In this document: positions 49,847 to 63,349 of the stretch, in pieces
Layout of the letters: each line of letters opens with the position of its first letter
Position numbering within the stretch: the first letter of the stretch is position 1
Source of the DNA: Trichodelitschia bisporula
Lineage: Eukaryota
DNA length: 64,000 bases
Assembly: GCA_010356995.1 (NCBI GenBank)
Contig: ML996690.1
Span: 962,217-1,026,216 of the forward strand
Direction of reading: 5' to 3'
Program-made: the position numbers and the translations under genes
Notes under the pieces: model-generated
Database searches by the model: none
Told to the model about the DNA's origin: nothing
Seen by the model: the letters and a program-made list of their open reading frames with translations, nothing else

Positions 49847-50414
49847 CGTGGAGTTATATATTGCTGATTTGTATATGTCGCTGTCACACGCTATCAGAAA
49901 GGACGACGGGCTGTGATTGATGATGAGGTTGTTTTGTTGGACGTGCAGTGGATGGGATGGAATGCCGTTCCTGAGCAGGGGTATGCTTCGAGCTGTCAAG
50001 CCGAGCTTACCGTGCCACTAAACCCGCCCTGCCACCCTGCAGGCAAGCTAGGTCAATGCACATGTGACGCATGTCAGATGGACAAAAACGTCGAAGTCGA
50101 CATTTACAGCAGAATGTGGAGCACCTCACAGCACAATAGGTGGCAATATACGAGGGCTTAAGGGTCTTAATTTTTCATTGAAGCTGGGCAAGGGATGCTT
50201 CATGTGGGAATGAACCCAGCTATACACTCGTCCCGCACAATAACGCCACAAGAAGTCTTGCAGCATCATCGCTGAGCGGGCATGCGGGTATCTAGCATAT
50301 CAAAGGAATAAAGGTGGCTATTGAAAGCCATCCGCCATCTGGGGGGTAACGAGAACGCCCTTTCAGCGGGGACATGAAGGCCTTCATAATGCCTAATACA
50401 ATGTGAAATCGCAA

Positions 50415-51301
50415 TCAGAGCGTAGTGGAAACAGGAGCAGTAGGCATCGCCGGAGGCGCATCGTCATCATCGTCGTCATCCAGGTCCTCGAGATGTCTAA
50501 GAAGTTAGAGCAAAGCTGGCGACTAAATGGTGGAACATACCCAAGCAGATTCTTGACGTTCTTCATCTCGTAATGCTTCTTGCGCATCTCTTCAAACTTG
50601 CGGTGCTTTTCGCGTTCCTCCTCAGTCATGTGGGCCCACTCTTCACCGTGCCTCGCGTCCACGTCCCCCATCTCTGTGTCGACATCGACGATGACGCGCT
50701 TTTCGCTCTCCGGAGTGTGTATATGCTCGGCAGGAAGTGCCAGTTCCGACTCGCCGAGATCCAAGCCAGGGATATCATCTTCCCGCGACGACTTCTTGCC
50801 CCCGGCCTTATCAAGTTCGTCAACGACCAGGTCCTCGACATTGAGAGTACTGATCTCCTCCTCATCCTCGGTAGGGTCATACTGCTTCGCGTAGGGTGTC
50901 TTGGGTTCGGTGATTTTCATGGTGCTGTCCCGCTGTTGTTCCGTGAGATACAGGTTTGCCTCATCCCATTTCAAGCGGGGGCTATTTTCGTCGGCCTGGA
51001 GGCCTTCAGCGCCAGAGTGCCGCCGGGACGAAAGGCCGCGTGGGGTAGAGGAAGAGCGGCGGTGTCCAGCATTCTGGAGAGTGTTTTGCAATGTGACTTC
51101 TTTCTCCGACTTCTCACGGCTGAGGTCAGGACGCTCTTCAATGACCAACGTTGTGTGCGGGACAGCCTGAGTGCTGCTGTTCTTGAGGATGCCTGTGACA
51201 CTCAGTATGGCCTCACAAGTTCAAGCTTCGGAGAACTGATTACCTTTTGGCCGCCTCGGCGGACTGCCTGTGAGCGTTTCTGTCGCCATGTGTTGGGTCA
51301 T
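50415..51301 (-). CDS. GLC8: Protein phosphatase 1 inhibitor-2 (Glc8-like)
   Basis: KGILKN (SILK motif, formed across intron 51193-51243), [15 protein letters not shown] and [11 protein letters not shown]. Second intron 50497-50540. Confidence 0.9.
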
Positions 51302-53194
51302 ATCGGATACAAGGTCGAGGAGAGAGTGTTCTGTGAGGGCAGGTAAGTTTGCTTGCGTAGAGCCGATTCGCAAGCACGTGAATCGCAGGGCGGATTTGCG
51401 GGGGGCGCAGCTGTGTAACCAAGGTTGCCGATGATGGGTGAACAAACCAATTGGGAGGTTGGCAAAGCGGAAAGACAAAGGGTCTGGAGGGTGTGGCGGT
51501 CGACGAAGTGGATTAAAGGATCAAAAGCGGAGGTGTCAACAGTGGGGAAGAGAAAGTTTGGCGGGTGAGCTACGGATGACAAGAGTCCCGTCGTCTGGGT
51601 GCACGGGAATCGATGACGTCTCATCCCCGCCTGGCCGTCTCGACTTTGGCTAGAACTGAAGGGCCGCCGTTTACCCGTGCCAAGAAGACTTTGAGGCCTG
51701 TCGGCCCGCGTTCTACTGTAAGCCCTGCAGCGAAGAGCGACGATGTTGTTCGAGAGGGGCGGCAATTCTGTGCTTCAAAATCACCCAACGCCTTGTCATG
51801 AACTAGATGCTCTCTCACGACTCGCGAATATCATCCCTCATGATGCCAATCTAATCCAATAAAGTACTTGGTGTTGCTACTTGATATATACATCCCCGTT
51901 CAAACGCCCGTCTTTCCAAAATCCATAACCGAAACTGCACGAGCAGATTACCTTACCCGAGGACCGATGTCAACTCCTAGGTTATGAATTCGCGACAGGG
52001 CGCTTAATCGAATAACCTGTGAGCTATAAACTCTGCTATGTTTCAAAAGGTAACTAAGCACTTGCGAGCCACTGCTGAGCTGGCTTGTAGGCAATGGGCT
52101 ACTGATGAGCCATGCTTGCTGAACTTTGGGCCACTCCGACGGTATTCCGCATTAAGGTACCTTTGAACAGCATACCGTTTGACCGAAGGGTTCCATTTGA
52201 CCATTTCATTGAAATCTTCGTTCGCTGAGCGCAGCCGGCTCGCCGGACAGCAGGTAGGGATCTGTCTAAGGGGTTCAAGTTGGACGCTGCTACTCCTGCA
52301 AGGGGACAATCAGCACAAGCAGGCAGAGTAAACATATCGGCTTGCCAAAGGTAGGCATTGCTCAGACTTTGCCTTTTCACATCATGCTCGACCAGGAGGC
52401 AAATGCGTCCGGCTGAGTGTCCGATTACCAGAGCTCGTCGTATCGTCATCGCAAGAACAGAAAGAAAGACGGAACGTACAGTGATGCACTGTTGGCTAGC
52501 AGCATAGGGGCAAAGCAAAGCAGAGCAGAGAGAGCATGTCAAAAGACAGCGAATGCAAAGTAGGCAAAGCAGTGTTCGCGTTGCATTGGTATGTCCCGGC
52601 TTGTAGGTCGTCATCGCATCATGGGCGCCGCACGAGGGGCCCTCGTGATGACGGTTTTAAAAGTGGGTTGAAGATTTGATTTCGACGCTCGTACCGTTAA
52701 AGGGTACACCCACCGGCTGAGTGGGAGAAGGCGTGTCAGCTGGCAGGATTGTGAGTTCGTGTCTGGAGAAGAAAGAAAGAAAGGAAGAAGAGAGTGAGGA
52801 GGGAAGACTTTTTGTACCACTTGGCTCGTCCGACCTAAAAAACCGCAAGCCAACCACGAGGCGACGTCCCTTGGCATCCCGCTTGCATGAACCTCTCCGA
52901 CTGGCTTGATGGCAAAAGAAACTCATCAACAACCGCACAGCTACTTCGACATTATTCTCCCCGTACACAAGCACCTACTCTCCGCGTCCAACCCGTATTT
53001 ACTCGTCACTTCCCTTTCCCGATCTTCGCCATCTTCGCCATCTGTTCCACTCCCCGAATTGGTTCTCGTGCCACCCGTAGACCTGCGTCCCCTCCGCCCG
53101 CCTCCTCCTTCTCCTCATCCACCTCGCCTTCCCCTCTTTGTTCCACTCCGCATACAATTGTGCCTCGATTCTGCGCCGTAATAGTTCTGTAGAA

Positions 53195-54395
53195 ATGGAA
53201 AGGGACGCTTGGAGGCGCACCAAGTACGCTGGTTGCCCCGTCGCACAATGACTTAAGCGCTGACTGTCCCCTTCCCAAGCAGCTCGAGCAAGCTTTCCCT
53301 CTCCATCTCGAACAACGAAAACGAATCCCGCGGCGACGCTAACCCCCGCCTATTCTCTGCCTCCAAGCGTTTTGGCGGAAGTGAAAGCTCACAAGGCGGG
53401 CGCTCCAACCCTTTCAACGCTATATCGCCACTTACTACCAGCGCCATATCCTCCCCTACTGCGGGTGCATCGTCGGCTTTTGGATTGGGAACTGGCGCAT
53501 TCGCCTCATTTGGAGCGGCAAACAAGACGCCCAAGACGCCCGGCGCTGCCTTCGACTTCGCCAAAGCGGGAGGGGCGGCACCTGTGCCTGTGACGCCCAC
53601 GGACAGGCGGGATAAAGCGTCGGGTCGTGCCCAATCTAACGCTGTTAAAGCCCCCAATTCCTCGAGCGCGGAAGAAGTGACGCCTTCCGATGCGCTGTCG
53701 GTAGGCGCGAGCACGCCATGGCCGCTCAAACACTCATGGGTTGTGTGGTACCGGCCACCGACCTCCAGGACTGCGGACTATGAACGGTCCACAAAGCCGC
53801 TGTATCGCATGCAGACGGCACAGCAGTTTTGGAAAATTTACGTGCACCTAAAGCGGCCCTCCCAGCTGCCCACCGTGTCCGACTATCACTTTTTCAAAGA
53901 AGGCATCCGACCGGTTTGGGAGGATGAGGAAAACAAAAAGGGCGGGAAATGGGTATTGCGGTTGAAGAAGGGAGTTTGCGACCGTTATTGGGAGGAACTC
54001 CTCATGGCCATGATTGGGGACCAGTTCGCTGAAGCCAGCGAGGAGGTCTGCGGCGCTGTCCTGAGCGTACGCGCAGGCGAAGACGTATTGAGCGTTTGGA
54101 CGAGGACGGACGGGGGCAGGAATATCAAAATACGGTTAGTGGCCTGAAATAGGCCGGCCATGCTTTCACTGAAGATTTTCACTAATGCCCCCGCAGGGAG
54201 ACGCTGAAGCGTGTGCTGGCACTTCCCCCAGACACTATCATTGTGTGGAAGAGCCACGATGACAGCATTGCGCAACGCAGTGCCATTGACCAAGCGCGAC
54301 AGGAGAAGTCAATCCATCACGGCTCGGAAAAGCGCCGCGCGCCGCTTGGGAACGAAGACAGTACCCCAGTCAAGGAGCGGACCAATGCCTCGTAA
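53195..54395 (+). CDS. Second (non-class I) eIF4E-family cap-binding protein
   Basis: PLKHSWVVWY, FWKIY, DYHFFKEGIRPVWEDEENKKGGKW, WEELLMAMIG and CGAVLSVR. Introns 53224-53279/82 and 54135-54196. Confidence 0.92.
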
Positions 54396-55378
54396 CGGAT
54401 TTAATAAACGGATCTGGCGCCTGGCTCTGTTGTTCTTATTATCATTATGCATTGCGGACGGTTCTTGCATTGATTTCGTCCGGGCGAGCGCTTCTTCTTG
54501 CTTTGACAGGCCTCTGCTATGCTGATTCCACGTCACGACCGCTCACTCTCTTACTAGCTTTCAGGTTTGGCCGTGACTCTGTACTATAGCATTCCGGGAA
54601 GGATAAAAAATGACTTTGACGTGCAACTGGTGGCTCTGGTGGGATGAATACGGAGGGACATGAGCGGTGCGGGACGGGGGGTTGGGACGGGGGGAGGTTT
54701 TTGGGGTGGGTCAACAAATGGTGGAGTTTAGGGCGGATGCGTGGACAAAGCAATGGAGTGGTTCTGGGGAGAGGCTTGGGCACTGCGTAGAGACACAAAG
54801 CTACTGCAAAGACAAACAAAGCGTGTGTTGAATGACTGCTTGTGCGATATACGGATATTCCGAAGCCATAATTACTTGCCCGAGGGCGTCGAGAGACACC
54901 GGTCGGATAGGACAAGGCACGAGTACGGTACGGGTAAAAGAAGCCGAACGCAGCCCTTTTTTTGGCGGCTGTCCCTCTTTGTGCTTCCGTTATAGGTGAG
55001 ATGGTTTATGGAGTTAGAACTACTCCGTAGAAGCGCGATAAAAGGCTGGTGTTTGTTGCCGGGGCTGCTGCCACTGGCAGAGTTGCAGCAAAGAAGTGCC
55101 ACGCCAGACCACTTTCTCTAGGTAGCTAGCCTCAGCATGTCGGGCGCAGGTCACCAGGGTACATTAACATGTCTGACCAGGATTGAGCGTCACTCTTCCT
55201 CGCTGCTGCCCTTTGGCACTTCAGACGACTTACCTGTGACCCTTTGACGTCCTTTCTCTCAGCTCGCTCTGCGAGAGGCTTTTGCTTCACTCGTAATGGA
55301 CGTCTCCGAAGCCATTCCTAACAAATACCTGCCTCTGTCCATCTCTTCGAGCACGACCTCACAGTCTTTCAGTCCCAC

Positions 55379-58300
55379 ATGCGCAGCGCGATAGCGACCT
55401 TTCTCGGCCCTTTCGTGCCTACGTTGTCCAACGGGTCGACCGTGGCCAGCAGCAGCAGCAACAGCAGCAGAGAGCCAGCAGAGGATTCGCCGGAGGTGGG
55501 AGGCACCAGCAAAGCTGAAATCACTGGCAAACTCCATGTACGCGAAAGGGTCCCGTCGTGTGTTCAGTGCCGGGTTCAATGTCGCAACAACTAACCTCCC
55601 GCTTAAAAAAAGACCGACGATGCACCTCCGTACACAGTCCTTACTGCAGCACTGGAAGCTGGAGGCTCTACTCCGCCCTTCAAACCACCATATCGTCCCG
55701 AGCAAACACCGACTTCCAGAGCCGCAGACTGCACTCCTCAGGCTGCCGCCGGAGCCTCCAAGCTCGCCGCCCCGCCCCACTCGCCTCGACCTCGACGCAC
55801 AGACGAGGAGCTTCGCTTCTTCCCAAACTACAAGTACTTGAACCCGTCATACTCATATCTTCTCTTCACTGACCGCATCAGGAATCCTTCCGACGCAACT
55901 CCGATTTCCATACCGACAATGGGGAACAAGGTCAGATTCTCATACCCAACATGAATGCGCGTTTGTACTGATTTCTGTCTCAGCCATACGGGGGTCGCCA
56001 GCCGTCAATCAACACTCTGAACGAACCGCGTCGCCTGCCGAAGCTCACCTATGGCAGAGGCGTCCGACAGGCATACCACACCGTTGACGCACATAATGAA
56101 CGCGTGCCAAGCCACTCCTACACTTTCCGAGGGGACTCGCGACCCGGAAAGAGGCGCAAGACCAGCAATGCGGCAGAGACCGAAGCGGAACATGTACAAA
56201 TTGAGGATGACGAAATGGACGATAAGCCAGTGGTTCGGTCTCCCTCCCCCGAAGACCTATCCGAAGTCGATCAGCTTCTCAGTACACGCAAGTCCTTCGG
56301 CGCCTCGGTATCCTCCATAAGCTCGTTTCCCAGCATCAACGAACCACTCAAGGCCGTCGATAGCAAACTGAAGCGGAAGCGAACTAGAAACAAAGGAAAG
56401 TCGAGCGAAGAAAGACGTTCGGATGGGACAACTGGTGAAGCCGCTTCTTCAACGCGTGACCAACCCTTCGTTATTCTCGACGACGACGTGCAACCCACCC
56501 CGCAGATATCAGCGAACACTCGAAGCTCTCAATCGCATATTGTGTCGCAGCAAAACATACGCCCTTTGCACTTAGGCGGATCTAGTGCCCCGAGGATGAC
56601 ATCGGTCCAGTCCGAGTATTTTTCGGCTGCGCAAGCAGGCAGTAAAATATCCGACGATGGTTCCGGACCAAACGACCTGAGCACCAACCATCAGGGCTTG
56701 GCAACCACAAAGGCGAAAGGGTTTATTCTGCTTGATGAATTGCTTAAGGAGGATTCCTCCACAAAGCTTGGCAATGTTCGCGCGGGTCATGTTATCAGCA
56801 ACGACGACGATGACTTGGACGAGCTCGCTGGCCCCGAAACTTTCTCTGCTCCTTTGTCCAAATCTCTTCATCTACATCCCAATCTCACCACCCCCACCGA
56901 CCCCAATTCCCAAACCCACCCCCAAACTGATATCATGTCGCCAAACGACTTATCTTCAAACTCCTCATCCGAGAAACCCGTATTCCTCGAGGTAACCGAC
57001 AAGGTTCTGCAAGAAGCCCGGATGGGATTTCCTCTGTTGCGCTTTCGCACTAGCATTCTGGATATCAAGGAAGACAAATCACTCAAACTCGTATCGCTGG
57101 GCGGCGACACCTTTGAGCTGCGAGGGAGCGAACAGCTCCCAGTGGAAATGCGTATGAATTGCAAAAACGCCCTAAAGCTTCTCTTCGTCTGGAACCACCC
57201 CAGCCGTTTCGGGTGCAGGCTTGAATTCCCGGGACGGTCGATCCAGGACCTCCAGTTCACCCAGTTGGACGACTTGCGGAAGTTTGCTTCAATGTGCGAT
57301 GGTTTTAAGATCAAATGCCACAAAACAGAGTATGTGATTCCTCTGAGCCTAATGTATGATGGCTGACAAGGTGCAGCTATTTAGTTGATAAGCTCTTTAC
57401 CCGGCCCGTGCCTCCCCCACGTTTGGCGGGTCGCAGAGGACATGTGGAGGATTTGCAGGCCTTGCGCACGGTTGCAAAAGCGCCAGCACCAAGCAATCTG
57501 CGCCGCACCCGTCAATCGCAAGGAATTTATCCGCTCCCGCTCCAGGCTGGAGAGAAGATACCTCGTCAGCACGCGACATTGAGGGATCTACTCGCTGCAG
57601 AACTTGAGCCCGAAGCACCTGTGACGCGCGCGACTCGGAGTGCAGCAAAAGCCGTTAGCCATTCAGCTGCTCAGCGCACGGAACGCCGTGTGTCTCCTAA
57701 GGCTCCGCCGTACTCGGTCGAACCCGGGCTGGGGGCTGTGTGGACTGAGTAAGTATCATGGTTCGTTGCGTAACAAGCGCTGACATTACAGGCCCGTCGT
57801 CTATCCGCAGACGGGAAAAAAGAAGACCACCGTCACGTTTGCCGATCTTTTCCGCCTGGACGAAGGCGAATTCCTAAACGATAACCTGATCGAGTTCTAC
57901 CTCCGTCGGACGCAAGAGCAGCATCCGGAGCGCGCCACTGATGTCTACTTCTTCGGTACGCACTTCTATTCGACTTTGAAAGCGGATGGTCACTCGGGGG
58001 TGGAGAACTGGACGAAGCGCGACGACATCTTCAGTTATGACTACGCTGTAGTGCCTATCAATGAGCACTCACACTGGTACCTCGCACTGATTGTCAACCT
58101 TCCCCTCGTCAAGAAGCCACCGGCCACGGAAGAAGTCGAACAGGGTGGCCCTAAGAAGAAGTTGGACCGCGTCACTGTCATCGTTTTCGATTCTATGGGG
58201 ACCAGACGCCCCGGTACGATAAAAACCCTCAAGACGTACCTCATGAACGAGGCCAAGGCCAAGCTGGGCGTTGACATCGCCGTGGCGGACCTGCAAGGTA

Positions 58301-59997
58301 CGCATGCTCGTGGTACTCCGCAGCAGCAAAACCTTTCAGACTGTGGGCTCTTTTTGAGTGGCTATGTGGAGAAGTTTATGGCGGACCCGAAGGGGTTCGT
58401 TGAAAAATACGCCGGCACCCCTTCTAACGATTCTTTCGATGAGCAGGAGTGGTTGGCCTTAAAACCCACTAGGATGCGACACGACATCCGCGAGATACTG
58501 CAGGACCTTGCGCGTGCTCAAGAGGAGGCGCGGCAGCACAAGCAAAAGAAGTCTTCAAAGTCGACCGAAGCGAAGCCCACTGCACCCTCAAACTCGACTG
58601 CAGGGACGCCTCCTGAACCGCCGAAGTCTGATGGACTACCGCCGCCTACCGAATGCCAACCTATGGCCAACGGCAGCTCACAAACCCGCCATGTGTCGGA
58701 ACCCTTTCAGGAAAAACATAGCGCTAGGACATCCGGCCGCCGTTCATCGGACAGTAGCTGCTCCTCGAAGCGCTCTGCCCCCGCCATGTTAGCCGATTCC
58801 CTGCCCCCATCTCCCAAGAGGCAGCGGACGGACAGCAAAGAAAGTCTTCCCACGAACTTCGTCAACGTCGGACAAGACCAGCCCCTTCATCCCGTCCAAG
58901 TTTCGAGCCCAGTGTCTTCGGTCAGGAAACAGTCCCCAGTTGGCCTTCAGCATAAGTCCTCGGACAAGCAGCAGTGCGCTCAGTCAACAGCTGTGTCTTT
59001 CCATTCCTCGCCAAAGAAAGAGCAATGCGGCCATCTTCTCGCTTCCGACCATCTTCTCACTTCCCACCATCCTCAGTCCTCGAAAATGCAACGAAGCGTT
59101 AGGGCTGAGAGCCCCCACGCATCCGTCACCTTCGAAGAATCCATTGCTGTAATGCCATATGCGGCATCTGTAGTTACAGCTCATCGTCAATCTACAGACA
59201 TTCACCAGAGTGACCGAGCCGCCACCCGCCGCCAGTCTCAGGCTAAAAAGTCAAGCGACACCTTCGATTGTGCTCCCAAAACTATTGTCAATCTTACGGG
59301 CACCCCCCCCGAAGCCCGTTCAAATCTTGATTCTGGAACGATGCAGTTCGGTCAGCGCCCAGAGTCCAGTCACTCTCGCCGTAGCTCCTCCGGCAGCAGT
59401 GGCTCGAAGCGCTCATCTGATGGCATGCTGTTCAACGAGTTCGAGTTCGGGAGAGAAAAGCGGCGTAGAACTACTGGAAGTAGTGCTAACGCTGAAGTCA
59501 ATAGGTTGGAAGAAGGCCTGATCGAATACGCGGATAAGCCAGCTTCCCTTTCTGCGCGATTTCTAGAGAAGCGACCGAGCAATGGCGACTCCGAATTTAT
59601 TAATGCTGATGACCCCAGGGGGCCTCCCAATATCATATCGCTGGACGAAGAGCAACATGTCGAGCGGCCCGTTAAGAAGCCCCTCATCAAGCTTAGTATA
59701 GCGGAGCAAATCGCGAAGCATAACAAAGAGAAATTGGACAGACAACGGACCGGCCAAGACATGTTTACTAACATGCAACACTCGAAAAAGAAGGAGCAGG
59801 AGCAAGAGGATGATGATGTCGTCTGCCTTGGGAGTAATCCACACGCAGCTCAAGCGCCTCGCCACGAGCATCGTGCTTCTACGCCACCGCGGCGTCCTAG
59901 CTTGAAGTCGCCTGTTCATGTCACGCACTTGTCACCTTCTCCGCAACCTATCCCGAAAGAAGATTCCATAGGTCCCTGGGGCTCGACGGCCCTGTGA
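55379..59997 (+). CDS. Ulp2-like SUMO protease (peptidase C48), 6 exons
   Basis: FLNDNLIEFYL, HWYL (His), FDSMG (Asp) and QQQNLSDCG (Cys). In-frame introns 55538-55612, 55834-55881, 55931-55983, 57330-57376 and 57749-57791. The 5' exons are less certain. Confidence 0.87.
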
Positions 59998-60488
59998 GCC
60001 TACTGATGGATGCCAGTCGGTCTTCATTGGGGCGTTCAAGTCAGTGCGAGTATGGCGTTCGGCTGGGTGGTCATGGAATCTGGCCATGGCAATGTTTTTC
60101 CTTGAAGCGGCGGGCGTCAAGAGGCGTATGGGCGGGTATGGATCAAGGTGTTGGACGGAAATGATATGGGCTCTTAACGAGCTGTAGATACGTAATCGGA
60201 GACATAATTATCGACCTGAGTACGGCATCCGTGCTTTATCAAGTGTGGGATGGAAGCATCGGTACTATCTGCCATACTTCGCATGTGCCGTTGTTGCTTT
60301 GTTGCGGCGCATTTGGAATTGCGAGGGATGGCAGGCATGTCTAATTCTTAAAACTTTCGATCAGCATACAAAGTTCGTCGTACTGTTTAGGCACGTCTAT
60401 GATATCTGCCTAAGTCTGAGTTTCCAAGTTGGGATCGTGTGGGAGTCACCCACCAGCGCCAGCGCCGTAATCGTCAATTAACGACATT

Positions 60489-61169
60489 TTACTCCCCAAG
60501 AGCCTTACTGATACTCCCATTCAGCCCTCTCCCCCTAGTTGGATCGTCCGCCTTTGCGGCCTTGACCGCTTCATCGACTTCTGTACCAATTAGCCTCACC
60601 TACGCAACACTTCCGCACAAACTGAGAATGGAAGGCCGAATCCCAGCCTCACCCTCACACGCACCATTATACTCGCCACCCGTCTCCCCCCCCGCCCCAA
60701 CCCATCGCACCTTCTTAAGCGCCACAAACTCCGCAAAGTCCCACTCGCGGTCCTCGAGATCCATCTCAGGCGCACACCAGATATACGTCTCGGCCTCGAC
60801 CTCGGGCCCGAGTTCGAGGTCTGCTTCGGCCCAGGGGTTGTCCATGTCGCCGCTGATGATCGGCCGCACCTTCACTGGTCGCCGCGAGTACTCGCCCCCT
60901 TCGAATAGGTCCAGCCGCCACATGTCTCCGTCTGTGAGGCCCACGACCAGTGTGCCGCACACCGTGCTGTCTGGATTCGGGGTTACGGCTGGGTAGTCGG
61001 CGTGGCGGACGCGGCGGCGACGGTGGGCGGGGAGAAGCGCGGGGCGGGTGGTTAGAGTGTTGGAGGTGGTTGAGTTGGGGAGGCGCGGGCCGTGGCAGAC
61101 GCGGTGGAGGACGTCCGGGTCCATCAGGGTGCCGTAGAAGAAGGCGGAGTGCGAGCCTGCGAGGGACAT
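60489..61169 (-). CDS. AIG2-like / gamma-glutamylcyclotransferase-fold protein
   Basis: FFYGTLM, DYPAV, LDLFEGGEY and WDFAEF. Intron 60581-60664. Confidence 0.9.
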
Positions 61170-61760
61170 GCTGGGTTGGCGGGGCTGCTGTGTCGTTTGG
61201 TGTGTGTAGAGAAGGTGGGCGTCCATGGAGGGATTGCTGGCGGGGTTATGTAGTTCGTGATAAGGGCATCGGGCGGTTCAGGGTCGCTCTGTTTCTGTGG
61301 GGCTGGCCTCGGGGATATGGTTGCTGGATTGACACTAGGGTTGGAACTATGGGTACCACGATAGCTAGTTATTGATGACTATAAAGAGAGGCTGCAGGCT
61401 GCAATGCTCGAAGCTGTTACGGATACACATTTGATAAGCATGGCCGGGCGAAGAGCCGCCGAGCCACATTTCCAACGTCCAGTCAGCCTTACCCGGCGCT
61501 AAGCCAAAGCTTGGCCCGGCAGCCCCCGGACCCACCGGACAGGAGGTTGGAAGCGCCCCAATTTTGCTTTCTCGCAAAGCTTGTTCCTCCTCGAAACGCC
61601 CTTTATCTTCACTATGATCGTGCAGCGTGCATTGCTGTGACACGCCTCTTCATAACTGGTCTGCATTACTGTCAATGCCCTCGTGCGACCCGTGCGATAT
61701 CCACACACTCTCTCGCTTCTCGCTCCCGCCCTGTCCCGCGAGGACACCATTGCCACCATC

Positions 61761-62662
61761 ATGGGCATCTTCCACTGGCTGATCACGCACGTCACGCCGT
61801 TATTGTGGGTTTCCACGCCTCGCATCATGCGATATAGCACCGGCTAACCTCCCGCCAGCCTCGTAACCTCCCCCCTCACGTCCTATGGCGACCAAATCCA
61901 CTCGATGCACCGCGCGCGCTCCTCCGCGGGCTTCTCCCTCGACATCCCACTGATCATGCTCGTAGCCTCGATCCTCAAGTACGCTTCCCAACCCCAGCGC
62001 CCTCCTCACCCCGGCGCATTGCACACCTCTGACTTCGTAGAATCTTCTACTGGATCGGCGCACGCTACGACTCCGCCCTCCTCATTCAAGCCCTTGTCAT
62101 GATCGTCGTACAAGTCGTCCTCCTTTACGTTGCGCTTACGCACCGCCCGCCGCCCCTACATATACACGCACCGGCCGGAGGCGCGCCGTCCATGCTCTCA
62201 GCTCGGCCCTATAATTTTTGGCGCTGGGACGATGCGCGCCCGTACTGGTTGTTTATCGGGTACTTTGCCGGCGCGCTAGTGGCGCTGCAGGTACTTCTGG
62301 GTACGGCACCGGGATACTCTGCGCTGCTGGGGTATATCGCTCTGGCGATCGAGGCGACGTTGCCGCTGCCGCAAATTATGGCGAATCACCAGCGCAAGTG
62401 TTGTCGTGGGTTTAGGGTGAGCGTGCTGGGGAATTGGTTGCTGGGTGATACGTTCAAGATGGTGTTTTTCTTTGCGAAGGGGTCGGCAGATATACCTTGG
62501 GCGTTCAAGCTGTGCGGTGTGTTTCAGGCGTGCTGTGATTCGTATCTCGGCGTGCAGTACTGGATGTATGGGAGTGGTGAGATGCCGGTTGCTGCGGAGG
62601 AGAGCAAAGGAGGGGTAGTTTGGAGGGAGGGAGGAAGGGAAGCTGAGTGGGTTGGGAGCTGA
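61761..62662 (+). CDS. PQ-loop membrane protein (Any1/PQLC1-like)
   Basis: SYGDQI...GFSLDIPLIMLVASILK, EATLPLPQ and WLLGDTFK. Introns 61805-61858 and 61979-62040. Confidence 0.88.
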
Positions 62663-63349
62663 TTGTCCCGGTGTGGCATAATTTAGGAATCAACGGATTC
62701 GATGGGAGGGGGGGCTTTGACATCATTTCTGCGGCATTCATATCGGCAATGGAGTATTCATGGAGGCCATTGCATCCAAATAATGACACGGGCATGGAGT
62801 AGGTTGACAGGCCGCGGGCGGACTGGATCGATAGCATCGCATACTTAATGAAGACATACGTCTCTACTGATATTGTTTGAGGTGCTGCTCAAAACAGCAG
62901 AGAGCATCCATTGCCATGCATCTAATAACGTTCCCAACCAAGACATGCTCAAGCCTGCAGCTACGGCTGTGTTTGCGGTGGTATGTCACCCTGATATGAA
63001 ACTCATCGAATCATGGAAAACGACGTAATGAGCGATTAACGACGGGTTGTCCCTCTAGGAAGGAGGCCAGCAAGACGCCAGCCAACTATGATCGAATCCC
63101 CTGTCAAGCCATGGAAGATGGTACAGAGCACGATGATAGAGTTCCTAGGGAGAGGAAGGAGGTGAGGCTGCGGAAAATACTCTTTATACCAAGCCGTTGC
63201 CAAGTGAATCTTCGGGCCGAAAGTGTATCCGGCCCCGCGGATGCCTGGAAGCCTTAGGGATATAAAACTGATCAACAAACACGAAAGCAAAGAGCCGGGA
63301 AGTGCAAAGTAGATGTCAAGCATTTAAACGCTCCGGTATCACCTCCAAA

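Noticed and set aside
52102..52130. CTGATGA hammerhead-like core
   Set aside because: It is followed by GAAC rather than GAAA and has no convincing stems I and III.
52645..52720. Possible C/D snoRNA (GTGATGA ... CTGA, ~76 nt)
   Set aside because: The terminal stem is weak and I cannot identify an rRNA-complementary guide. It would need snoscan or Rfam support.
55379..59997. Functional link between the Ulp2-like protease and the LRGG orphan protein
   Set aside because: They are about 37 kb apart with unrelated core genes between them, and this looks like an ordinary SUMO protease.
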